A stretch of 64,000 nucleotides of DNA, taken from Chiloscyllium plagiosum. Its lineage: Eukaryota. The translations under genes and the position numbers were made by a program. Below the pieces are notes generated by a model, which saw only the letters and a program-made list of their open reading frames with translations, did not search any database and had not been told where the DNA came from. The stretch lies in NCBI RefSeq assembly GCF_004010195.1, contig NC_057749.1:8511423-8575422 (forward strand), written 5' to 3'. The first letter of the stretch is position 1. The number at the start of each line of letters is the position of its first letter. Shown piece by piece: positions 10,986 to 23,399 of the stretch.

Positions 10986-13775
10986 TTCTTTGCCCACTCT
11001 GCTAGCCTGTCTAAGTCCCAACAGGAGGACAGTCCTTCATGGTAACTTCTGCCAGTGTCAGAGTTGTGGGATCGGTCCACAAGACTCTGCATTGCAGACC
11101 AGCCACCCAAGCTAACCGACAAGGGACGTTTAAACAGGTTCTTAGACTGCAGATAGATCAGACCCGTTGCCATGACAGTCCCATATGGGTGTTGCAACAC
11201 AAAATACGGGATTCTCTGACTCAAAACACGCCAGTTGGCTGCGCAAGGATTCTCAAACTGTAATAGTCCAATTGCATCACAGAAATGGCAACAAGTTTTA
11301 TTTAAAATTAGGTTATTGTAACTTGAGAGCCTGTTAGTGTGACCAATGTGCTGATTCATTACAGTTTCATCATGTCAGTTGTGCAATTGCTTAGCACTCT
11401 TTCCCATAAATTGCCTGAACGTTTTTATGTAAAAAAAGACATACTTGAGGTGTGCTCAATCATGTCAGAACAGGAAACAGCCGTAACCACTTATCCTTGC
11501 TGTAATTCATAGTTGTCCTGGAACTAAAGTTCTGCCATTCTGGTAATTTAGTATTTTTGTTTGGTTTAATTCCAATTTTTTTTTAAAAAACTTCCATTTC
11601 AGTAATAATCACAAATGGGCTAACATTATAATAGCAAATTCTCTTGGATCAATGAACCAGACATATTTTGATCATATTGATTAGGACAGGTTATAGGTTT
11701 GTTCGCCTGAGCTTTGAGTTCTTCCAAACAATGAACTTGGACATTTATCTTTCTGTTTCAAGTGAGCATAAGTGTCTCAATTTAGCATCTCATTAAAAAA
11801 AGATAGTGTCTGCATTAATGCAGCACAGCCTTTGTACCATCAAGGTGTCTTTCAGATGCTGTGTGCTAGATGACCATGAAACTACTGCTTGTTGTAAAAA
11901 AAAAAATCCAGCGGGTTCTCAAACATTCAGAAATCTGCTGTCTTTCAACTATAGTACATAGTTTCTAAATGACTCAGTAAACCTTATAGCAATTTGATTA
12001 ACTCTTCATTGCCCACTGAAATGGCCTAGCAAAGCACTAGACTGTATCTCAAGGGCAATATTGGATGGGTAATACATTTCTGCCTTGCCAGCTGCACCAT
12101 AACCTCAAGCCTAAATGACCAAAAAAAAGGGAGTAAGGTTTGAGTTTTATCGCTGGATATTACAGTAAGATAACTGGTCTCTACAAACAACCTGCACCTG
12201 TTTGGAAATCTTGTGGCTACTGTGATAGTATTCGTTTTAAGAACTAGTGTTTACACTGTATTCCACACAGATCCATATTCAAAGAACAGAATAATAAACC
12301 ATAGATTCTGGAAATTTTAAACATGAACCATAATACTTCCACTCCACTAACACCATTTTAGTTCACTGGTCTCTCTCGATTGGTTAATCCATAATATTCC
12401 CTGACCTGCTCAGAGCTGTCAACACTTTGGCAATGGACTTACTGTGATTCAAATCAGTAACAGAACACAAATTATCAGATTAGTCTTGAACAATGGATCG
12501 AGTCTGTCACTGACTAGACAAATTAATCTCAGGAGTACTCAGACAGTTAATAAAATGAAGAAGAGGAAAAAAACTTCATATATTTCTCAAATTCCTGTTC
12601 AATTAGTAGCAGGAGAATTGGGGAACTAGCATTACCACACTCTGAACAGTCTAGCAACACAGACCAGGCAAGGAGGTCACGATACTGTAAGGTTACAGAA
12701 ACATACGCATAACTACTAAGCTTGGGTCCAATACACTTGAATTCAGCTCAAGGTGAATCAAAATCATTTGATCAGTTTTGTTTCCTTCTGTAATTGTGCA
12801 CCAAGGGTGGTTTAAAACAGAACAGCTCAGTCGCCATGGTTTCAACATAACATGACCAGCAAACCATACTGGGTTTGACACGTTTGAACAGGGCAGACTG
12901 TGGACATAATTCCACTTCTTCCCTGCGATGGTCAGCATCGTTAGCATCTCTAACATACTAGATTAGTTTTAGAAGCTTCAAATTTAATGAGCAAACTTAA
13001 TCGAGCACCTTTTCATGGACTTCATAATGAACTGCCAGAGAAAGTTGTGAATGCGGAAGTTACAACATTTAAAAGACATTTGAATAAGTTCATGAATAGG
13101 AAAGTTTTGGAGGGGTATGGGCCAAGCCCAGGCAAGTGGGAGTAGTCGGCATGGACTGAAGGGTCTGTTTCCATGCTGTGTCACTCCACGACTGCGGTAC
13201 TCACTTAATCAAAGTGCCAGAATTAGGTAATTTGTCAAGCCTTTTCTTCGGACAGCATGCATTACAGAATAGATAATAAAAATACCATAAAACGGTCTCA
13301 AGGACAGACAGGAGAGCAAAGCAATATGACGTACGAGCAATATTAAATAGACAATTCAATCCAGTTAGGCACATTTCAAAGTAATTAAACCTCTGCAGCA
13401 TGAACTCTACATTTCTGGTATCAACTAAGGTCACTTGGAGGAATATTCTATGATATTCTTTTACAGACCTACATATACAATACCCAATGCATTATTCATA
13501 CTTTAAAGGGATACTTTTTTTTAAAAAAGCCAGAAATATCGGTTCTTAAACAAAGGTTACATAATTCCCTCTCAATATTTGCAAGCAAAACACAATTTAC
13601 TCTAATTGCACACTAATTTAACTGAAATCTCCAATCTACTCCCCAAAACAGGTAACTTCCCATGTGTTTTTTTCTTTTCCTGGGTACAAATCTGGACATG
13701 CATTGGTAGCGCACTCACTTCAGACTAAGGTGGATCATTGCTACACATAGGGAAGGTTCAAATTAGATTTTTTTT

Positions 13776-14060
13776 AAGATTAGATTCCCTGCAGTGTGGA
13801 AACAGGCTCTTCAGTCCAACAAGTCCACGGCAACCCTCCAAAGAGTAACTCACCCAGACCCATTTTTCTCTCTGACTAATGCACCTAACACTATGGGCAA
13901 TTTAGAATGGCCAATTCACCTGACCTGGAGGAAACCAGAGCACTCTGAGGAAACCCACGCAGACACAGGGAGAATTTGCAAACTCCATACAGTCACCCAA
14001 GACTGATATCAAACCTGGGTCCCTGGCGCTGAGGCAGCAGTGCTAACCACTAACCCACCA
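13776..14060 (-). mobile_element. HE1/V-SINE (tRNA-derived)
   Basis: Reverse complement of GTGGTTAGCACTGCTGCCTC...GGAGTTTGCA...GTCTGCGTGGGTTTCCTC; CR1-like tail with (TCTAA)n. Confidence 0.8.
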
Positions 14061-15659
14061 GGAGATTCAAGCTGGTTCTCAGAACAGTGAGGGAGTTCTG
14101 CACTGACAGATTATCCACTGGAACAGTCACTCAAATTCCTACCTGCCTATTCCAATGAATAGGAAAGGTCGCTTGGCACTACTGCCCCCTGAACATAGAG
14201 TTCTACTGGTATCTGAAATGAATACCCTTCCTTTAAATCATTTTTTAGTTAATTTATCTGTTGAGTAATGTGTCTCAGTGACACAGGGAAGGTTTTGTGT
14301 ATAGTTATCATTAACAATCAAATAGCCCAAGGCACTTCAATGAAATGGAACAAAACGTCACCAAACCACAAAGTGATTTTAGATAAGATAACCAAGAACT
14401 TGGTTAGAGTTGGGGTTTCAAACAGTTTCTTGATTGAAATGAGAGGCACGGAGAGATATTGGGAGGGAAATCCAAAGTTTTGAAAACGCAGCTTCTAATG
14501 CTGGAGTGGTGTGCTGGAGAACACTCCCAAGTTCAGAAATGTTTGAATGCTTTTTGATGGGCTGTTAGGGATAAAGGGGGAAGGATATGGAGGAAATGAA
14601 GTGATTTGAAAATAAATTAACACAAAGGAATCACAGGCCAGGATATGGATGATAAGAGTTTTTTTGAATGCCAAGTTTGCTGAGTAATAGTCACTGAACT
14701 TGATAAAGGTGCTGAATAGTACAGTCCCACAAATTTATGTAAACTATGCCTTGCTTTCAAAAGTACACAATGCTTTCAGTAGTAATGCTGCAAATGGATG
14801 CACAGTAATCCTAGGGAACCAAGCACACACTGGTCACCTGTAATACTCAAATTTACAACTTGCACCCACAATTATACCCATCATCAGTGCGTTTAATAGA
14901 GTTTTATACTTATGCTAACATGTCTGCACAGCAGCTAAATGATACCATTACTGGAGGAAATATTGCAGACTCAACAGTTCGAGGGAAACCACGTAGGATG
15001 CACAATCATAAATTTAGTTCATCCAGTCTCATTTGAAAGAGTTTAAAAAGAATTACTTCACATGCGATGACACTGACAAGATCAATAGTCATGACCAATC
15101 TTCAAGGTGACTGATTATCATCTTGATCTGGTGAAGTGAAGTCAAAGTGCAGAGAAACAAAACAGGAGCAATGTGGGCCAGTCAATAAGATCATGGCTGA
15201 TAGATCATTGCATACTACACTTCCACACTCTCCCATATCCTTTGATGCCTTTTAGTGCACAGCCAATGTGCTGTTAGTACAGCTCAAAATTTCAATCTAA
15301 TGACGATGAAGGAACAGCAGTATTTTGTTTAAAAGAGTCAGGCTAGTGTGATTGGAGGGGAACGTACAGGCATGTGGGCATTTGCTTGTGCCTACTGCCT
15401 GCATTCTTGACAGCATTTTCCTCAGGCACTTTTAAGCATACAAACATATTAAATATGTGAGGAAACTTTTTATTTCTCCATAGTCCTGACAAAGCAGATT
15501 GAAATGGAAGTGATCAAATGGGAAAGGCATAATTAAGCTCCTCCTGCACCATTCTATGCAAAATCAGATCAGTGCTGGGAATATTTTGCATTCTCACTGG
15601 TTCTTTTTATTTTGACTGAAAGAATCATAAGAGGTTTTGTTCAACCTGAACACCTTGAA

Positions 15660-16292
15660 AAATGGAGTCGCAGGTAAATAGGATCGTGAAGGCACTGTTT
15701 GGCCCGCTAGCCTTTATTGGTCAGTGCATCAAGTACAGGAGTTGGAAGGTTATGTTGCAGCTGTACAGGACATTGGCTAGGCCACTTTTGGAATATTGCA
15801 TGCAATTCTGGTCTCCCTGCTATAGGATGTTGTGAAACTTGAACGGTATCAGAAAACATTTACAAAGATGTTGCCAGGGTTGGAGGATTCGAGCTATAGT
15901 CAGAGGCTAAATAGACTGGTGCTATTTTCCCTGGAGTGTCAGAGGCTGCGGGGTGACCTTATTGAGGTTTAGAAAATCATGAGGGGCATGGATAGGGCAA
16001 ATAGACAAGGTATTTGTCCCAGGGTGGGGCGAGGCCAAAACTAGACAGTATAGGTTTAAAGTTGAGGGGGAAAGATTTAAAAGGGACCTAAGGGGCAACT
16101 TTTTCCACAGAGGGTGGTGCGTATATGGAATGAGCTGCTAAGGAAGTGGTGGAGACTGCTACAATTACAACATTTAAAAGGCACTAGGATGGGTATATGA
16201 ATAGGAACGGTTCAAGAGGGAGATGGACCAAAATGGGGACAAAAGGGACTAGATTAATTTAAGATATCTGGTTGGCATGATGAGTTGGACAA
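15660..16292 (+). mobile_element. CR1 3' fragment
   Basis: CTGTACAGGACATTGG...GAGGCTGCGGGGTGACCTTA...; same family as 33482, 51870 and 56545. Confidence 0.8.
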
Positions 16293-16513
16293 AAGCTCAT
16301 GAATCCTAATCTCCACTGTAGATGTTAATTCAAAAATATTTCTGTATCGATACACACTCTCCAAAGTGATCAGTGTTGTGAATAGAGGTTAGAAAAAGAA
16401 ATACCAACAAATGAAAATTGGGGGAAAAATTCAATTCAACTGGGATTGCATAATTATGACTTTACTGTTTCTGGACACAAGCTCACAATTCAATAAAGGT
16501 AGTGTACTAGACA

Positions 16514-16642
16514 TTCCTGAAGAAGGGCTTATGCCTGAAACGTCAATTCTCCTGTTCCTTTGATGCTGCCTGGCCTGCTGCGCTTTTCCAGCAACACATT
16601 TTTAAGCTCTGATCTCCAGCATCTGCAATCCTCACTTTCTCC
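16514..16642 (+). mobile_element. Short Penelope-derived element (family A) with hammerhead motif
   Basis: 14-bp TSD TAGTGTACTAGACA at 16500-16513 and 16643-16656; CTGAAGA A GGGC TTAT GCCT GAAA CGTC at 16517-16544. Confidence 0.85.
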
Positions 16643-18414
16643 TAGTGTACTAGACACCATTACAGGATTCACCCATGGCATTCCAAAGTCACAGGAAGTC
16701 TGTGGTAATCTTTAAAACTATTTTTAAAACATTCCTTTATATCATTTAACCACTATCTCAAAAATGAGAGATAAGTAGAATTAAGCAAATATTAATGGAG
16801 ATTACCAGAAAACTCAGCATGAGACTTAACTTGCAATTAAGTGTGTTTGGAATACAAGAACACATTTTGTATTTGATTTACATCACAGTTTCAAAATTAA
16901 TTTGAATGAGTTTGAACTGAGGGAGACTTTAGCAATTTTTGGCCATGTTGAGCATCTCAAAGCACAGAAGAGATTTTCTAGGATAGCAACAGAGAAAGGG
17001 ATTTCAAGTATAATGGAGTTGCAGTAAGTCCAGAAAAAGTTAAGGGTTTAGATAAAAGTGTTCAAAATCTGTGCTGTTTGGTATAAACAAGGAGAAAATT
17101 GTTCTCAGCAAACAGAAAGGTTTGCAACTGGAGCAGACAGATGTCAGGTAATGGACTCAAGAATCAGATAACCGAAGGAATTCTTTTTAATGTAGCGAGT
17201 TGAAGTTTGGAATGAATTGCCAAAAGGGTGATGGAAGCTGGTGCAATAGCAATATTCTAGAGAGCTGGATAAATACTTGGAAGTGGAAAACTTTGCTAGG
17301 CTATGGAGGGATGCATGGTATTCCTGAAGAAAGGAATATGTCAGAAACGTTAATTCTCCTGCTCCTCAGATGCTGCCTGACCTGCTGTGCTTTTCCAGCA
17401 CTGCACTCTCAACCCAGGAATGTATGGCAGCAAGACTCTGAATAGTTCTTCAAAGAGATATGGTGGGCCAAATAGCATATTCGACATCATGACCACCTTA
17501 TTTTCTCTCCCTCTCAAAAACCAAGCTTTAAAAAGTTTCCTTTTGGATGGCAAACTCAATAGTTAAAGAAGATAGATATTTTCATAAGGTAGTGCTAAGT
17601 AGCCCAAGAATTGAAAAATAGATTAAGGCAGGTTGACTGATTATTTTCTCAATGTTCAAAGACAATGTTCATTTTGCCCTATAAGTCGGCAATGTCAGAA
17701 TGGTTTCACCCACAATACCTTATCTCCTATTCAGCTGGTCAATGTGCTTGAGAGAGACAATTATTTAAGCAGTATTTAATTTTTTATTGAAAAATAATTT
17801 AAGGAATTACCAATGCATGCGGTTCAAATTCTAAGTTGTATAGCCAATGCAATAAATTGGAGAAAGCATTAATCGGATTTAATAGAAAATGCAACTTTAA
17901 AAGTGGCTGAGTGACCATATCATGGGTTACAAGCTGATCACTTTAATTCCCTCACTTAACAATTCCAGTCAAAGTCAAGAGCAAGCAGTGCTGTCAAGTA
18001 ATATCAAATTTCATGAAGCTTGGTAAGGATTCAAAGCAAATCACCAGTTGCAACTAAGGCTTTGGGAAAGGAAGCAGCAGTTATTTAGGTCACCACAGTC
18101 TCAATCTAAACCTTGGGCACAAATACATGCAAAATTGGAATTTAGCCACACATGAACGGCTAGAAAAAAAATCCAGTTTTCTGTAGAATCAAGTCCAATA
18201 TTTACTGAACGAATGGCCTTTCAGCAACAATGTCTAATTTCAGTAAAGCCACACCTGACATGAACATCACTGTAATCAGCATCTGTATTGGCATGAACAC
18301 TGTAAACTTCAAAAGGCTGGTACTTGAGACTGGAATTACCTGGTACTGCCGGTAGTCCAAAGGTGAACTTGGAACAATTACATTTAACACATCTGCTTAA
18401 TAACTGGTGAGCAC

Positions 18415-18563
18415 TAAATGTTTAATCCCATTCTTTATTGAATTAAGTTCACAGGTAGGCATAATGCATGTGACAGAACAAACTTTAAACGCTCAATAAA
18501 GTAATATTTTAGGTTGCATCTTGCATCATGTACAATCACAATGGACGAAGGTCTGAAAACCAT
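18415..18563 (-). other. COX5A: COX5A exon 5 (non-coding, 3' UTR) with polyadenylation signal
   Basis: Acceptor TTTTTCTTCCAG ending at 18564; AATAAA (minus strand) at 18439-18434. Matches my recollection of the short non-coding last exon of mammalian COX5A. 3' end approximate. Confidence 0.7.
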
Positions 18564-20161
18564 CTGGAAGAAAAACATTACACAAGATTAGATTCATTCC
18601 AGAAATTCTGTCAGCTGTTAAAACCGAATACAGGTCAACTCAAAATGCAAATCACTGTCATCTTAACAGGCAGATGAGAAGTCAAGTCAGAATTTGTACT
18701 ATTCCCATTTACAATTGACATTTTTAAATAGTGCTCTAGTATATGGTAAAATATCCCAAGATACTTCATTAGCATGGTATCAGACAGTTTGACATCAACT
18801 TAAATGACTCTAGCATTGTTGGCCAACCAAGCTTGACTGGGGCAGTTTTTGAGCAGTGACTCAAGAGATTTAGCAGGTATTTTAGCAATTGAGCTTTATG
18901 CCAGCTGAAAATACAGAATGGAGAACATGTCCACAACTTTCCTGACTGGTTAAGCTTCAACATTAATTCGAGTACTAGCATTGCAGAATGTAGCAGCAGG
19001 GGTCAAAAGAAAACGGGTGGACTTTGGGTTTGTGCAGCTCACCCTCTGTACTTATACATAACATCTCCCTGAACAGATACTCAATATTAAATGCATTAGT
19101 TATCAGAGAGAAAAACCCTAGAGCTTATCTCGTGGCTTTATCAGAACATATAAATCACTTTTCCTGGTGAATGTGGTGAAAGTAAGGCCTTTTAAAATTG
19201 AACATTCTTGCTATTTCCAACTGAGATTGAATTCACTCAAGCTCTTTTTTTTTCTAAAGATAAAACTGAACAGATTCAAATAATCAGAAACACTGACAAA
19301 GGATCCATTCAAAGCAAAGTTGGAGATCTTGCAGAATCTTTTGAAATCTTAAAGTCAAATGGAATGCAAAAGCACGATCTTAAATTCAAGTATATTTATT
19401 TGTTCACACTTTGGCCAAGGATTGACTGCTGGGCAAATACTTTCCGAGTAGCTTAGACACAAAAGGTTGCCTTTCTCGGAGATGTATCAGCAACATGAAG
19501 AAATAGGTACATTATCTCAAAACGGGTGCTAAATTCTTGAAATGCCATCCATAAGAGCAGGCTGCTGTATCTGAAACTATGGAAAGTTATTTGATAGAAA
19601 GATGCTTGCATCGCAACTATCTGAATTTTAAGAATGATTTGACACTTTTATACTTTTGTAACATTTGTGAAGGAAGAAGTGCAGGTACAGGCAATGTACT
19701 TTGTTTCATTTGCAAGTGATATTCTCCACTGGTGCAAGAGAAGTGTTACGAAATTCAGTTATATGGTGTGCTTGCTTTTGGAATTTGATAGAGAAACCTC
19801 CAATTAATTTCTTTTGTGGAGCTAACTGCAAAGCAGGAACAATGTTTTCTTTTGAGAGGTTGCACACCTCAACATAGAATGTTTTCAATTGTCACAACTC
19901 CGTAGAAGTATTAGGCTGAGAAGTAGTTTGGTAAGACACCATCACGAAAGCTGTGCGTTACAGGGTCAGAACAACGAGTCAAAGCAACAATGTGCAGTCT
20001 TTTCCAAAAAAAAATGTAAGAAACTAGTGGACTCCTTTCTTTCTCGCTTAAGATGACAGGAATTTCAATGTATAACTGGAAAAAAATTAGTTCATGTTAG
20101 CCTTTTTCTGCAGATTATTGGAAAGACAAGCACTTCATTAAGTTGTACAGTGAAATTTCAA

Positions 20162-20380
20162 TTAGGCGAAAGTGGGTACTGCAGATGCTGAAGATTAGAG
20201 TAGTGCTGGAAAAGCACAGCAGGTCAGGCAGCATCCAAGGAGCAGGAAAATCGACATTTCAGGCAAAAGCCCTTCATCAGGAATCATTCCTGGGGAAGGG
20301 CTTTTGCCCGAAATGTCGATTTTCCTGCTCCTCGGATGCTGTCTGACCTGCTGTGCTCTTCCAGCACTGCTCTAATCTTG
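20162..20380. mobile_element. Fold-back Penelope-derived element (two family A tails head-to-head) in COX5A intron 4
   Basis: Arms of about 95 bp centred on AGGAAT-C-ATTCCT (20279-20291); 15-bp TSD ACAGTGAAATTTCAA at 20147-20161 and 20381-20395. Confidence 0.85.
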
Positions 20381-20738
20381 ACAGTGAAATTTCAAACTCG
20401 TTGACAGAGCCAGTCCAACTGAACCATAACTGGGCAAGTACAGCATCCGAAATGCCAATGTTAACAGAACTGAGAAAGAGCTGTTCAACAGCATCGGAAA
20501 AAACTTAGAATTAAAAAAACTTGAATAAGCCTTTTGCTTCAAAATGAATGAAGTGACAATTCCACACCTAATGCGCATTGACATTTATATTTCACTTTCT
20601 CTAAATCTTACACAAGACAACCAGAGTCTGTTTGCATGGTTGCTACAAATACGTGTACTTTACAAATCATATCATAATTTGTGAACTAACTCTAAAATTG
20701 GTCTTAAAGATTCTGTTGTAAACTCACCAGGTAGAACG

Positions 20739-20852
20739 TTATAACTTGTTTAAACCAATCTCCTCTGGGGTTGGAATACCCAGTTCAGTCAATGTGGGCC
20801 TGAGTTCTTGAATAACGTAAGGATAGATATCTTTGTGAGGACCAGCTTTGTC
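20739..20852 (-). CDS. COX5A: Cytochrome c oxidase subunit 5A, coding exon 4 ([37 protein letters not shown])
   Basis: Recognisable COX5A C-terminus; acceptor TTTTCAG (AG at 20854-20853); TAA at 20741-20739; exon continues 11 nt to a GTGAGT donor at 20727. Confidence 0.97.
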   Translation of the reverse strand, partial: DKAGPHKDIYPYVIQELRPTLTELGIPTPEEIGLNKL

Positions 20853-23399
20853 CTGAAAAGTGCAAGGAGTCACATTTACAGACAGCTGCATGATGCATTT
20901 TGTTAGAAAAACTGTTAAAATGAGCTCTTGGTGACATGACAACAGACCAGTGCATCCACTTAATCACACCAACAATTCAATGGTTTAAATGCAGATAGGA
21001 GAACTTGCTCTAAAATTATCCTGACTAAAAGCCACCCTCCCAAAATCAGCAAGATAAATTCAAAAGATTTGTAATGACCTTATTTAACATACAAAACCTA
21101 ATTTTTGTTTCTAATAAGATGGCATTAACACAGAGCATTTCGAACCACCCATTTCTAGCTAAATATAGGATATACAATGAGCAATATCTTGTAGAACCCA
21201 TGAGATGCTGTAGTTATGGTCTTAGAGGAAAGAAAATATTTTAAACAGGTCTGCAGTTGAAATATTATCCTTTCTCTACTGCATTAATGTCAGATTATCT
21301 GGTATTATTACAACATAGAAAGAAGCCATTTGGCCCAGCATAATGTCACCAACGCTCCTGATGTCTTATTGAATACCCTTTCAGGAATGAAATTGATAGG
21401 CAATGGAATTGTACATAACCATTATTAAAAACATAAGCTGTTCAAGCAATAGTATTCTACAAGTTATAGAAGCAGCACTGAAATTACAGCATTTATACGC
21501 ATCTTGCTGCATACTTTAAAATTGCTGCTATTACGTGAACACAATGAACGAATACGTGACCAAGTTGATTTTCAGTGGCAGTGCACAGAGAACGTCGGTC
21601 TCTCAGAGATTTTTTGGATGCTCCTTGTTAAAATAAATGTAGACATTCATTACTTACTAATTCGTTTTTGACATGTGGCTGTTGTGGCACCAGTGTATTT
21701 ATGATTTATCTCTCATTGGTCTGGTGACAAAGATATACCACACTGCACAGGACTGGAGTCACACAGGTAGGTCAGGCAAGGATGGCAATTTCTCAACCTC
21801 AATCTCAGTTGATGTTTAACTGGGAGTGACGTGACAGGAGCAATATTCGCCTTTTGAAATAAAGACTATTTTTGGATGTGACTCAGTGAATTAGTCTCTC
21901 TCTCTCCATTTCTTCAGGTAGTAATATTCTTTGTATTCATGTAACATACAACATAACAGGGTTACTCATTATGACCACAGCTGATTCTCAGTTGAAAATC
22001 TGATCCCAAAATGAAATCTGGTTTGATAGATCATACCTTAACTTTTAAAAATGACTGCCTTCTATTGAAATATAAGCCAGACTTCAGACTTGGTTATAAT
22101 AATAAAAGAGCTTATTATGCCAGGGTAAAGCATAATAAAGTAAAATAAGCTATTTACATCTGATAGAAAACAAAGAACTGCAGGTGCCAAGATGTGAACG
22201 AAAAACAAAGTGCTGGAGAAAATAGCAAACTCCCTCTGACAGTTTCGAAGATTTCAAAACAATGGCAAAACAATCCCAGCCACTTCTTGCCAGCCACTTT
22301 CTAGGTTAATCAAAATCCAGAGAAATTTCCCTTCCATATTAAATCTATAAGACAACAAAGCTTCTTTCAAGTTTCAGTCCAGCTGCGAAGATTTTCTTTT
22401 GACTGTCAACTGAGATATTAGACTTTCTCAACTTTGAATCCAATGTAAATTTCTCATTAAACACAATTGCCTGGAGGGTTTCAAAATAAATCATTAAACA
22501 GAGTTAACCTATTCACTTAAGTGAACAAACTCCTTTCTTTTGGGAAAGTTTTATATCAGACTTCATTCATGTCTCCTTTGAAGTGAATTCAGAAGCTTTT
22601 AACTCATTTTTAAAAATCTGTCCATCCTATCTTTTGCTAAATTAATTTTTTTTCCCCTCTGTCATAAAACACCACAATACTAACAAGCTTCCATTAATAT
22701 GCCAAGGCGAGTCATCTGCACTGACACGCATACTGGTTCAAAAGTGTCGCTGAAAATACTTAATTATGAAATCTCTTCACAGAGAAAGGACAACACCCAT
22801 TAGTTTAAAATTGAAACTCTGAAAAGGAAATAAATTACATTTCATCTCACACTAAGCTACAGTGATTCAACTCAAACTGCATTAGTTGCACACAGTATTG
22901 TTAACATTTTAGTGGGACCTTAGTAGTGGAGCTCCATAGTGCATACTTGGAAACAATAATATACAGCATTGACTCATGTTAATGATCAGGTTCTTTTCCA
23001 TATCGAAGTTCAAGTAACAGGAAACATTTCAGCATAGATTGGGATCATTGTGTGCTACAACTTGACTGAAGTTAGTGCAAGTTGGTTACATAGAACCACA
23101 GAAACAGATTTAGCCCCTCAAGTCTGTTCTGCCCTTCAATTAGGTCATGGTTAAACTGGGCCAGAACTTTTGTTCTGGGATGTCACAGCAAGTGGCAGCG
23201 TGGGGTAGCGCTGGATGGATGAAGGTGACGGGGGTAAATGTGCTGGGGAGGGTGGCAGGTTGTTGTGTGGAAAAACAGAAGAAACCCAGCAAGAGAGTAA
23301 TAATGAATGAGAGAAAACACGTGGGCAATTGCAGTGAGATGGAGAGGGTCACTGTTGGGAAACAGGCGAGAATGGGCAAAGCTGGGAGCATGACATAAC

